DNA of 64,000 nt from contig CM059431.1 in assembly GCA_030390025.1 (NCBI GenBank), positions 140,246,001-140,310,000 on the forward strand, read 5' to 3'. This DNA comes from Squalus acanthias (lineage: Eukaryota). Numbering within the stretch: position 1 is the first letter of the stretch; each line of letters opens with the position of its first letter. Shown one piece after another: positions 38,783-51,900 of the stretch. The notes below the pieces were generated by a model that was given only the letters and a program-made list of their open reading frames with translations, searched no databases and was not told the origin of the DNA. The translations under genes were made by a program, and so were the position numbers.

Positions 38783-41062
38783 GAGAGGGGGGACGGCTCA
38801 GTCGGAGAGGGGGGGCGGCTCAGTCGGAGAGGTGGGGGCGGCTCAGTCGGAGAGAGGGGGGACGGCTCAGTCAGAGAGAGGGGGGCGGCTCAGTCGGAGA
38901 GAGGGGGGGCTTTAGTCTGTGAGAGGGGGGGTTCAGTCTAAGAGAGTGGGGGGGTTCAGTCTGAGAGAGGGGGGTTCAGTCTGAGAGAGGGAACGGTTCA
39001 GTCTGAGAGAGAGGGCGGTTCAGTCTGAGAGAGTGGGGGTTCAGCCTGAGAGAGAAACGGTTCAGTCTGAGAGAGGGGACGGTTCAGTCTGAGAGAGGGG
39101 GCCGGTTCAGTCTGTGAGAGGGGGCCGGTTCAGGCTGAGAGAGGGGGGCCGGTTCAGGCTGAGAGAGGGGGGCCGGTTCAGTCTGAGAGAGGGGGCGGTT
39201 CAGTCTGAGACGGGGGGTTCAGCCTGAGAGAGGGGGGGTTCAGTCTAAGACAGGGGACGGTTCAATCTGATAGAGGGGACGGTTCCGTCTGAGGGGACGG
39301 TTCAGTCTGAGAGAGGGGGGGGTTCAGTCTGAGACAGGGGACGGTTCAGTCTGAGAGAGGGGACGGTTCCGTCTGAGGGGACGTTTCAGTCTGAGAGAGG
39401 GGACGGTTCAATCTGAGAGAGGGGATGGTTCAATCTGAGAGAGGGGGCGGTTCAGTCTGAGAGAGGGGGCGGTTCAGTCTGTGACGGGGAGTTCAGCCTG
39501 AGAGAGGGGGGGTTCAGTCTAAGACAGGGGACGGTTCAGTCTGATAGAGGGGACGGTTCCGTCTGAGGGGACGGTTCAGTCTGAGAGAGGGGGGGGGTTC
39601 AGTCTGAGACAGGGGACGGTTCAGTCTGAGAGAGGGGACGGTTCCGTCTGAGGGGACGTTTCAGTCTGAGAGAGGGGACGGTTCAATCTGAGAGAGGGGA
39701 CGGTTCAATCTGAGAGAGGGGGCGGTTCAGTCTGAGAGAGGGGGCGGTTCAGTCTGAGAGAGGGGGCGGTTCAGTCTGAGAGAGGGGGCGGTTCAGTCTG
39801 AGAGAGGGGGCGGTTCAGTCTGAGAGAGGGGACGGTTCAATCTGAGAGAGGGGATGGTTCAGTCTGAGAGAGGGGCGGTTCAGCCTGAGAGAGGGGGCGG
39901 TTCAGTCTGGCAGAGGGGACGGTTCAGTCTGGGAGATGGGACGGTTCAGTCTGAGAGAGGGGAGGCGGTTCAGTCTGAGAGTGGGGGGGGTTCAGTCTGA
40001 GAGAGGGGGGGTTCAGTCTGAGAGAGGGGGCGGGTCAGTCTGAGAGAGGGGACGGTTCAGTCTGAGAGAGGGGGCGGTTCAGTCTGAGAGAGGGGGCGGT
40101 TCAGTCTGAGAGAGGGGGCGGTTCAGTCTGAGAGAGGGGGGGTTTAGTCTGAGAGAGGGGGAGTTCAGTCTGAGAGAGGGGGGGTTCAGTCTGAGAGTGG
40201 GGGGGTTCAGTCTGAGAGAGGGGGGGTTCAGTCTGAGAGAGGGCGGGTTCAGTCTGAGAGATGGGGGTTCAGTCTGAGAGAGGGGGGGTTCAGTCTGAGA
40301 GAGGGGGGGTTCAGTCTGAGAGAGGGGGGGTTCAGTCTGAGAGAGGGGAGGTTCAGTCTGAGAGAGGGGGGGTTCAGTCTGAGAGAGGGGGGCTTCAGTC
40401 TGAGAGAGGGGACGGTTCAGTCTGAGGGAGGGGCGGTTCAGTCTGAGAGAGGGGGCGGTTCAGTCTGAGAGAGGGGGGGTTCAGTCTGAGAGTGGGGGCG
40501 GTTCAGTCTGAGAGAGGGGAGGCAGTTCAGTCTGAGAGAGGGGTGGGGTTCAGTCTGAGAGAGGGGGGGTTCAGTCTGAGAGAGGGGGGTTCAGTCTGAG
40601 AGAGGGGGGTTCAGTCTGAGAGAGGGGGCGGGTCAATCTGAGAGAGCAGACGGTTCAGACTGAGAGAGGGTCGGTTCAGTCTGAGAGAGGGGGCGGTTCA
40701 GTCTGAGAGAGGGGGCGGTTCAGTCTGAGAGAGGGCAGTTCCCGTCTCAGAGAGGGGGCGGGTCAGTCTGAGAGAGGGCGGTTCAGTCTGAGAGAGGGCG
40801 GTTCAGTCTGAGAGGGGGCGGTTCAGTCTGAGACGGGGCGGTTCAGTCTGAGAGGGGGCGGTTCAGTCTGAGAGGGGGCGGTTCAGTCTGAGAGGGGGCG
40901 GTTCAGTCTGAGAGGGGGCGGTTCAGTCTGAGAGGGCGCGGTTCAGTCTGAGAGGGGGCGGTTCAGTCTGAGAGGGGGCGGTTCAGTCTGAGAGGGGGCG
41001 GTTCAGTCTGAGAGAGGGCGGTTCAGTCTGAGAGAGGGCGGTTCAGTCTGAGAGAGGGGCGG
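38783..41062. repeat. G-rich 20-22-bp satellite (gagagggggcggttcagtctga)n
   Basis: Tandem units visible, roughly 100 copies. Confidence 0.95.
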
Positions 41063-41145
41063 GGCGGGGTTATTCCTGCATTTGTTTAAAAACCTTTTCC
41101 ATCTCCAACTTTTTTCAATTCTGACGAAGGTCATGGAGCTGAAAC

Positions 41146-42877
41146 TCTCTCTCAGTCAGACAGACAGACACACAAATTCTCTCTCTCACACTCAGACTCA
41201 GACACTCTCTCACTCTCACTCAGACACTCTCACTCACACTCAGACAGACACTCTCTCTCACACACACACTCACTCTCTCTCACACTCTCCCACACACACT
41301 CACTCTCTCTCTCTCACACTCACTCACTCCCACACTCACTCTCACACACTCACTCTCACACACTCACTCTCCCCCACTCACTCTCTCCCCCACTCACTCT
41401 CTCCCCCACTCACTCTCTCCCCCACTCACTTTCTCCCCCACTCACTCTCTCTCTCTCTCGCTCTCTCACTCACTCCCCACACACACACACTCTCTCACTC
41501 ACTCACTCCCACACACACACACTCACTCTCTCTCTCACTCTCTCCCCCACTCACTCTCTCTCTCTCTCACTCACTCCCACACACACACACTCACTCTCTC
41601 TCTCTCACTCCCACACACACTCACTCTCTCTCTCTCTCTCACTCACTCACTCCCACACTCTCTCCCACACACACTCACTCTCTCTCTCTCTCTCACTCAC
41701 TCCCACACTCACACTCACTCTCTCTCCCACTTACTCTCTCTCACTCACTCCCACACACACACTCACTCTCTCTCTCACTCACTCCCACACGCACACACTC
41801 ACTCTCTCTCTCGCTCACTCCCACACAGTAACAAGTGGGGTACCACAGGGATCTGTCCTGGGTCCCCAGCTGTTCACAATTTACATTAATGACCTGGATC
41901 AGGTAGTCGGATGCAGCATTTCCAAATTTGCAGACGACACTAAACTAGGAGCGGGGTTGGGCTCAGAGGAGGAGACCAGGAAGCTCCAGAGCGATTTGGA
42001 CAGACTGGGTGATTGGGCGGATAAATGGCAGATGCACTATAATGTGGACAAGTGCGAAGTTATCCACCTTGGGTGCAGGAACGGGAGGGCAAATTATTAT
42101 TTAAATGGCAATAAATTGGGAGAGGGGGAAGTACAGAGAGACCTGGGTGTTCTTGTACACCAGTCACTGAAGGTGAGCATGCAGGTGCAATAGGCGGTCA
42201 AGAAGGCAAACGGTATGCTGGCCTTCATAGCAAAAGGGTTGGAATACACGAACAGGGAAACCTTACTGCAGCTGTACAGGGCACTGGTGAGACCACACCT
42301 CGAGTACTGTGTACAGTTTTGGTCGCCTCATCTGAGGAAAGATGTTCTTGCCATGGAGGGGGTGCAGCGGCGATTCACCAGGCTGATACCAGGAATGGCG
42401 GGATTGACCTATGAGGAGAGACTATGTAGTTTAGGGATGTACACACTGGAGTTTAGAAGATTGAGAGGGGACCTCATAGAAGTGTATAAAATTCTGACAG
42501 GTCTAGACAGACTAGATGCAGAAGGAATGTTTCCCTTGGCGGGTGAGAACAGAACTAGAGCACATAATTTAAGGATAAGTGCTAAACCATTTAGGACAGA
42601 AATGAGGGGGGATTTCTTCACTCAGAGGGTGGTGAACCTGTGGAACTCATTGCCACAGAGGGCAGTGTACGCCAGCTCATTAAATATATTTAAGAGGGAA
42701 TTAGATATATTTCTACAGGCAAAAGGGGTTAAGGGTTACGGAGAGAAGGCGGGGACGGGATACTGAATTGGAGGATCAGCCATGATCTCATTAAATGGCG
42801 GAGCAGGCTCGAAGGGCCGGATGGCCTACTCCTGCTCCTATCTTCTATGTATCTATGTATCTATGTACATACACTCA

Positions 42878-42909
<32 letters not shown>

Positions 42910-45236
42910 CACACATTCACTCCCACACACACTCACTCACTCTCTCTCACTCCCTCTCCCTCACACTCCCTCTCCCTCACACTCCCTCTCACTCACACTC
43001 CCTCTCACTCACACTCCCTCTCACTCACACTCCCTCTCACTCACACTCCCTCTCACTCACACTCCCTCTCACTCACACTCACTCACACTCACTCACACTC
43101 ACTCACACTCACACTCCCTCTCACTCCCTCTCACTCACACTCTCTCTCACTCACACTCTCTCTCACTCACACTCTCTCTCACTCACACTCACTCTCACTC
43201 ACACTCACACTCACTCTCACTCACACTCTCTCTCACTCACACTCTCTCTCACTCACACTCTCTCTCACTCACACTCTCTCTCACTCACACACTCTCTCTC
43301 TCTCACTCACTCCCACAAGCTCTTTCTCTTTCTCTCTCTCTCACTCACACACATACTCACTCCCACACACACTCACTCTCTCTCTCTCTCTCACACACAC
43401 TCACTCACTCTCTCTCTCACTCCCACTCACACTCTCTCTCTCCCACTCACTCCCACACACTCACTCTCTCTCTCCCACTCACTCCCACACACACTGTCTC
43501 TCACTCCCACTCACACTCTCTCTCTCTCACTCACTCCCACACACTCACTCTCTCTCTCCCACTCACTCCCACACATTCACTCTCGCTCTCTCACTCACTC
43601 CCACACACACTCACTCTCTCTCTCTCTCACTCCCACACACACTCACTCTCTCTCTCTCTCTCTCTCTCACTCCCACACACTCTCTCACTCACTCCCACAC
43701 ACTCTTTCTCTTTCTCTCTCTCTCACACTCACACTCTCTCACTCACACACTCTCTCTCTCTCTCACACACTCTCTCTCTCACTCTCTCTCTCACTCTCTC
43801 TCTCACTCTCTCTCACTCTCTCTCTCACTCTCTCTCTCACTCTCTCTCTCACTCTCAATCCCACTCTCACTCCCACTCTCACTCCCACTCTCACTCCCAC
43901 TCTCACTCTCACTCCCACTCTCACTCCCACTCTCACTCACTCCCACACACATTCACTCTCTCTCTCTCACTCCCACTCTCACTCCCACTCTCACTCCCAC
44001 TCTCACTCCCACTCTCACTCCCACTCTCACTCACTCCCACACACACTCACTCTCTCTCTCTCTCACTCCCACACACACTCACTCACTCTCTCTCTCTCAC
44101 ACACACTCACTCACTCTCTCTCTCTCATACATACACACTCACTCTCACACACTTTCTTTCTCTCTCTCTCTCTCACACACTCTCTCTCTCTCTCACACTC
44201 ACTCTCTTTCTTTCTCTCTCTCTCACACAGTCTCTCTCACTCTCTCTCTCTCACACACACTCTCTCTCTCTCTCTCACACACACTCACTCACTCACTCTC
44301 TCTCTCTCTCTCACACACACACACTCACTCTCACACACTTTCTTTCTCTCTCTCTCTCTCACACACTCACTCTCTCTCTCTCTCACACACTCTTTCTTTC
44401 TCTCTCACACACTCTCACTCTCTCTCTCTCACACACACACTCTCTCTCTCTCTCACACACACACCCACTCTCTCTCACACTCACTTTCTTTCTCTCTCTC
44501 TCTCTCTCTCACACACTCACTCTCTCTCTCTCACACTCACACACTCTCTTTCTTTCTCTCTCTCTCTCACACACTTTCTTTCTCTCACACACTCTCTCTC
44601 TCTCTCTCTCTCACACACTGTCTCTCTCTCACACACACTCTCTCTCTCTCTCACACACTCTCTCTCTCTCTCACACACACTCTCTCTCTCTCTCTCACAC
44701 TCACACACTCTCTTTCTTTCTCTCTCTCTCTCTCACACACTCACTCTCTCTCTCTCTCACACTCACACACACTCTCTCTCTCTCTCTCTCACTCACACAC
44801 ACACTCTCTCTCTCTCTCACACTCACACACACTCTCTCGCTCTCTCTCTCACACTTACACACACTCTCTCTCTCTCTCACACTCACACACACTCTCTCTC
44901 TCTCTCACACTCACACACACTCTCTCTCTCTCACTCACACACACACTCTCTCTCTCTCTCACTCTCTCTCTCACTCTCACACACACACTCTCTCTCTCAC
45001 ACACTTTCTTTCTCTCTCTCTCTCTATCTCACACACTCTCTCTCACACTCTCTCTCTCTCTCTCACTCACACACACTCACTCTCTCTCTCTCTCTCTCAC
45101 ACTCTCACACTCTCTCTCTCTCTCTCTCTCACTCACACTCTCTCTCACACTCTCTCTCTCTCTCTCTCACTCACTCACACTCTCTCTCACACACACTCTC
45201 TCTCTCTCACACACTCTCTCTCTCTCTCTCTCTCTC
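41146..45236. repeat. CT/CA low-complexity microsatellite expansion (interrupted by CR1)
   Basis: Almost exclusively C/T/A on the + strand. Confidence 0.95.
41828..42868 (+). mobile_element. 5'-truncated CR1 LINE inserted in the microsatellite
   Basis: [21 protein letters not shown], one stop at 42191, ORF2 end at 42766, (ctatgtat)n tail. Confidence 0.92.
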
Positions 45237-45299
45237 TGTTTCTCTGCACTGATTCTCCCTGATCTGCTGAGTATTTGCAGCATTTTCTGTTTTCAGTCA

Positions 45300-45700
45300 C
45301 AATCGACGTGGGCGGGGCTCTGACGTCATCCATAACAATGCTCAGCTCGCGCGGTGGCGGTTTAACCGCCGCCTCGGTTCAAATCACAGTGGGCGGAGCT
45401 CTATGGCGCTGCGGAGTCCTAATGGTCGGCAGCCATGTCAATCTAGTGTGTGCAGCCAATAGAAGGGGCGTGTTCAGTTGGTATTCATTAATTTATGCAG
45501 CATAAGCGCTCTCCAGCCGCAGTGCGCATGCTCGCTAATGCCCCACCCCCAGTCCCCGGATGACGCGCATGATGCTGAAAAATTCGATGGAAGAGAAAAT
45601 AAAATCTCCGAGTGACGGATGGTCGCTGGAGCGGGGATGTGGAGATCAGCGGGACTCAGTGAGCAGCTGTCTGTGTCACACATGATGTGGAGAGTCGATC
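45300..45700 (+). promoter_or_regulatory. CpG-rich promoter region of the NLR gene
   Basis: GC box gggcgggg 45310-45317, full CRE tgacgtca 45321-45328, second GC box ~45390, CCAAT 45456-45460, NRF1-like gcgcatg sites; lies just upstream of the ATG exon. Confidence 0.65.
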
Positions 45701-45879
45701 GTACCACTCGGGAAATGCTCGATCCCAGAGCTAACAGCTGTTGTACTGATGGGGGAGGAGGGATTTGAAATCATGTTTAACTTGCTAACGCTCTCCTTCG
45801 CAGTTTAATATTTCCATCTAACCCTCCTATTAATATATTTATTACAGAGCATCAGAATCTGGGAACTCCTGTCACCGCC

Positions 45880-45943
45880 ATGGCTGAAGGTCCAAACAGG
45901 GGAGAAGATCCAACATCTTCAACAAGAATGTTGAGGGAAACAG
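45880..45943 (+). CDS. NLR coding exon 1 ([21 protein letters not shown])
   Basis: Acceptor attacag ends at 45847, accgccATGG Kozak, donor CAG|gtaggt; phase 1 matches the next exon. Confidence 0.75.
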
Positions 45944-48900
45944 GTAGGTTCACAAAATACTTTAAAATATAATTTCTGTTCTGACAAAGGGTCCAGATCT
46001 CCTGCAAGATCCTGCAGCTCCCACAGGAAGAGGGAACAGGACAGGGGCTGATTAGAAAGAGGGAAGTGAGTGACCATCTAGAGAGGCATCACAGTCACAG
46101 GTGGAGGAAGCCCCCGAGTACTGGAACTGTCCAATAGATCCCTGGTATTGCGGACTGTAAGGTGGATGGAGACAGTGACTCAGAGGAGGGTCTTCCTGAG
46201 CAACAGTGTGACTCCAGGGAGCCACCCCGAGTGGGGCTGGGGTGAGAGGCAGGTGGGGCAGAGGAAGAGCAGAACAATGGTGGTGGGAGATATTATAGTC
46301 AGCGTAATGGACAGAGTCGCCTGCAGCCCTGAGCGAAGAGGATGTGAAGAGGCTTCAAGGGGATCTCGACAGGTTTAGTGAGTGGGCGAGAACATGGCAG
46401 ATGGAATATAATGGGGATAAATGTGAAGTTATCCACTTTGGTAGATAAAACAGAAAGGCAGAGTATTTCCTCAATGGTGAAAGATTGGGGAATGCAGATG
46501 CTCAAAGGGACTGAAAGTGAATGTGCAGTTGTAGCAAGCTATTAGGAAGGCAAATGGTGTGCTGGCCTTCATTACAAGAGGATTTGAGTGCAGGAGTAAA
46601 GAAGTCTTACTCCAATTATATAGGGCCTTGGTGAGACCACACCTGGAGTACTGTGTACAATTTTGGTCTTCTTACCTAAGGAAGGATATACTTACCATAG
46701 AGGGAGTGCAATGAAGGTTCACGAGATTGATTCCTGGGATTGCGGGACTGTTGCATGAGAAGAGATTGAGTAAACTAGGCCTGTATTCTCTTGAATTCAG
46801 AAGAATGAGAGGGGATCTCATTGAAGCATACAAAATTATTACAGGGCTTGATAGGATGGATGCTGGGAGAATGTTTCCCTTGGCTGGGGAGTCTAGAACC
46901 TGGGGCCACAGCCTCAAGATAAAGGGTAGGCCATTCAGGACTGAGATGAGAAGAAATTTCTTCACAAGGAGGGTGGTGAATCTTTGGAATTCTCTACCCC
47001 AGATGGCTGTGGAGGCTCAGTCATTGGGTATTTTCAAAACAGAAGTCGATAGATTTCTGACTAGTAGGGGCATCAAGGGATATGGCGATAGGGCCGGTGA
47101 ATGGAATTGAGGTAGAAGATCAGCCATGATCTCACTGAATGGCGGAGCAGGCTCGAAGGGCCGAATGGCCTACTCCTGCTCCTATTTCTTATGTTCCTAT
47201 GAGCAGGTCCCGAATGGTAAGATGCCTCCCTGGTACCAGAGAGAAGAACATCCAGGAACAGTGGCACCATCTATGGGAAGGAAAGGAGAGCAGAAAATAG
47301 CCATGGTCGGTACCAGCAACACCGATTGAAACACGTTTATAGAAGGAATATTAAGACTAAGGCTCTAAACCAAAAAACAAGGCCTCAAGGTGGTGATCTC
47401 CGGATTGTTTTGCACTGAGCCACTTATGGAGGGAATTATGAGGCAGGTCAATGTGCGGCTGCAGGGCTGGTGCAGGAGGGAAGGGTTCACGCTCTTGGGG
47501 CAGTTGGTTTGAGTTCAGGGGGAAGGGACGGCCGTGATCTGTACCGACCAACAACAATGGTTTTACACAAAAGGTGAATGGAGCAGTGGACGTGTATCAG
47601 CGGTTATGAATGGAGGGTGAGAAATATCCGGTTCTGAGATGAGAGAGCGTGCTTAAACAGGTTTATGAAAAAGTGAAATGTTATTAGCAGAAAAAAATAA
47701 AGCGGTATTGCAGTAGTGAGAGCTGGTCACTTGGTTTAAGATAAAAACAAAAACGGTTCCATGTTCCAAGAAATTGGATTTGGCATCGAGTGATATGTAA
47801 GTTGCACAATTACCAGAGGGAACATCAGGAAACATGTAAACTGGAATGCACTGCCTGAAAGTGGTGGAAGCAGATTCAATAATAACTTTCAAAAGGTAAT
47901 TGGGTAAATACTTAAGGGAAAAAAATACAGGGCTATGGGGAAAGAGCTGGGGAGTGGGGTTAATTAAAGGGTTCTATGACCATGCTAGAACAACAATAAA
48001 CCTGCATTTATATAGTGCCTTTAACGTAGTAAAACATCCCAAGGTGCTTCACAGGACCGTTCTCAAACAAAATTTGACACAAAGTCGCATAAGGCGATAT
48101 TAGGACAGGTGACAAAAAGCTTGGTCAAAGAGGTAGGTTTTAAGGCGTGTCTTAAAGGAGGAGAGAGGCGGAGCGGTTCAGAACATAATGATATAGGGAG
48201 CTATGTTAAGATAGGATCAATTTGTACACACGTCAGCAATAGGAAGGGAAATAGCGCTATTCTTGGTGGGTTTTGCAGGCCAGCAAGCAGTGGAGGTGAG
48301 GTAGAGGGGGTACTGGAGAAACTAGTTTTGGAGGATGACGTTTTGGGAGATGCAAACTATTTAGTTTCTAAAAATGATGGTGGAAGTGAAAATGTTGGTG
48401 TACTAGAGGAGGATGTGCGACCATATTTAGAGATAACTGTAGAGAAGGATTTGGATCTTGGTTCAATAGCCTAGGTGGATAAGTCAGTGAGCCCAGAGAT
48501 AATGCACTCCAGCCTATTAAAGGAAGTCTGAGAGGAGATAGGAGGGACTCTGAACATAATTTTTCAATCCTCGTTTTGGTATCAAAATACACAGTTGGCC
48601 TGAAGGAGCCCAAACAATGTCTCTGTTAAAATAGGGAGCGAGGATCAACAGGGGATGCTGAGGGGAGGCTGGAACGGATTATCTGTGGACAAGTCGTATT
48701 TGACAAATTTGATACAGCTTTGTTGAGACGTGACAATATAGTTGGATGAAATTTCACGTTTGCGGTGTATATGGCTTTTCAGGTGTCAGACAATGTGGTT
48801 CACAGGAGGCTTCAGCTGTTTGGTGTTAGAGGAAATAATGTAGCCCGGATAGAAAGTGGATAATGTGTTTAGTTTTGTCCATTTGTGTTCACAGATCCGA

Positions 48901-51900
48901 ACTCTACAATCACTGAGTTCTTGACAGAGTGCGACGATTACCAGCTGTTCCAGTTGACGAAATTCTACCGGGACAGACTGGAACAGGCGATTGAAGGAGG
49001 GGTGGACGGAGTCAGCTCGTTGTTAACATACGAGAGGCATTTCAGTGGACAAGAACATCGGGTAAGTGGAAGGGACACAGAAGGAGTTTGGATTATTTAA
49101 ACATCACAGAACTGACAGGATATCAGATCTTAGAATCACAATGTTACAGAAGAGAAACAGGCCAAATAGGAAAGAAATGTATAAAACTGAGAATATTGTG
49201 AATCTGGCACAACGGCCTCACCCCTCCCTTTCTCTGTAACCTCCTGTAGCCCTACAACAGTCCCACAACTCTAGAATGCTCTCTTCTTCTGACTCTGGCC
49301 TCTTGTGCACGCCCTCACCCTACTAGTGGTGACGGAGCAGTTAGTTGCCTAAGGCCCCGCGCTCTGGAATTCATTTGCTCGACCCATCCTTCTCTTCATC
49401 TCCTCCTTAAAAACTTAGCATATTCATCTAGCTGTTGCTCACCCCACTAATCTCTACTCCTGTCTCTTTTTCAATTCATTCCTGGGACATGGGTGCGCTG
49501 GCAAGGCCAACATCTATTGTCCATCCCTATTTGCCTTTGGGAAGGTGATGCTGAACTTCCTCTTGAACTGCTGCATTCTGTGTGGTAAAGGTAATCCCAC
49601 AGTGCTGTTAGGTAGGCAGTTCCAGGATTTTGACCCAGCGATGATGAAGGAACGGTGATATATGTCGAAGTCAGGATCGTGTGTGACTTGGACGGGAATT
49701 TGGAGGTGGTGATGTTCCCATATGCCTGCTAAAATTGTTCTCCTAGGTGGTGGTGGTCGTGAGTTTGGGAGATGCTGTCGAAGAATCCTTGGCGAACTGC
49801 TGCAGTGCATTCTGTAGATCAGGGGTTCTCGATCTTTTTTTCTTCCGAAGCCCCCCTCCCATGTTATAAAAATTCCACAGGCCCCCTGTAGCACAAGTGT
49901 TTTTTCTGGATAAAATGAGTTATTAATAGCTCTATTACACCTTGCGTAAAGAAGGATTATTAACTCCTAAATTTACATAAGCAAAATACTGCGGATGCTG
50001 GAACTACTCAGCAGGTCAGGACGCATCAGTGGAGAGAGAAACAGAATTAACGTTTCAGATCTGACGAACGGTCTTTGACCTTAAACATTAACTCTTATTT
50101 CGATACCAAACTTCAACATGGCGATGAAAGTCAGCGACTTGAAATAACAGCACCATTAATGGCAGAGGCGGATGGCACATGAGAGAAATGGAGAAATAAA
50201 CAGGGCCCTGAGCGACTTTACCCACCCGACCTCATCGTCATTAATCCTTTAGTGACAAAGCCAGCCCCCCTCTTTCCTCCTCCCCAAACCTTTCACAAGT
50301 AGCCAGCAGTATCTCAAAGGACATGAGTGCCCAGGCTAAGCCTATCTTTCAGTCAGAGAAGCACATGGCCATGATTATAACGCTCCGAGTCTGATGTACG
50401 AGGAAAATGGTGATAACGTCGTCAGATGTTTTATTAACTCAGACTGAAGACATTGAAAGAGAGTCACTCTGAGCCCCTATTATTACGGCCTTGCCGCAGG
50501 CCCAGAGACTGGAAACTCTTTCTTCACCCTTCCAGGCAAGTGGAGAGTATTCCATTACACGCCTGAGCTGTGCCTTATACGTGTTGGAGAGGCTTTGGGG
50601 AGTCGGGAGGTGAGCCACTCCCCGCAGAATACCCAGCTTCTGACCTGCTCTAGTAGCCACGGCATTTATGTGGCTGGTCCAGTTAAGTTTCTGATCAATT
50701 GTAACCCCAGGATGTTGATGGTGGGGTGGGGGGGATCAGTGATGGTAGGGCCATTGATTTACAAAGGGAGGTGCTGAGACTCGTGTTGGAGAAAGCCATT
50801 GCCTGCCACTTGTTTGGCACGAATGTTACTTGCCACCTGTCAGACCTAGCCTGGATGTTGTCCAGGTCTTTCTGCAGGCAGGCATTGACTGCTTCATTAT
50901 CTGAAGATTTGTGAATGGAGCCGAACTGTACAATCATCAGGGAACAGCCGCTTTTCTGACCTTACGGTGGAGGGCAGGTCATTGATGAAGCAGCTGAAGA
51001 TAGTTGGGCCCAAGACACTGACCTGAGGAACTCCTGCAGTGATGTCCTGGGGCTGCGATGATTGGCCTCCAATGGCCACAACCATCTTCCTTTGTACTGG
51101 TTATTACCAGTGTTCCCTGTTAGGCGCGCGGCTGAGCAGTGCTCCAGGGAACCTGGGCAGCCGGCATTTCAGTGTAAAAACCGCGCATGCCCGGTATTTT
51201 GAATGGCCGGCGCAGCCCCTTAAAGGGGCCGTGCAGGGCCAAAAAAAATTACAGGGAACATAGGGTATGACACCAGCCAGTGGAGAATTTTCCACCTGAT
51301 TCCCATTGACTTCAGTTTTAATAGGACTTCTTGATGACACACTCTGTCGAATGCTGCCTTGATCTCAATGGCAGTCACTCTCGCCTCACCTCTGGAATTC
51401 AGCTCTTTTGTCCATGTTTGGACCAAGGCTGTAATAAGGACTGGAGCCGAGTGGTCCTGGTGGAACCCAAACTGAGCATCGGTGAGCAGGTTATTGGTGA
51501 GTAAGTGCCTCTTGATAGCACTGTCGTCGACCCCTTCCATCACTTTGCTGATGATTGAGAGTAGACTGATTGGGCGGTAATTGGCCGGGTTGGATTTGTC
51601 CTGCTTTTTGTGGACAGGACGTACCTGGGCAATTTTCTGCATTATCGGGTAGATGCCAGTGTTGTAGCTGTACTGGAACAGCTTGGTTAGAGGCGCGGCT
51701 AGTTCTAGAGCGCAAGTCTACAGCATGATAGCCGGGATGTTGTCGGGCTCATAGCCTTTGCTGTGTTCAGTGCACTCAGCCGTTTCCTGATCACGTAGAG
51801 TGGATCGAATCGTTTGGTAACACTTGGTTAAAGTCTCCCACCCCCACCTAGAGTACGTTCTGTGCCCTTATTACCCTCAGTGCTTCCTCCAAGAGTTGAT

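Noticed and set aside
41082..41831. 249-aa S/L/H/T ORF
   Set aside because: Same microsatellite artefact
42782..45323. Three 800+ aa ORFs rich in S/L/H/T
   Set aside because: Artefact of a CT/CA tract that cannot form stop codons; open in all three frames
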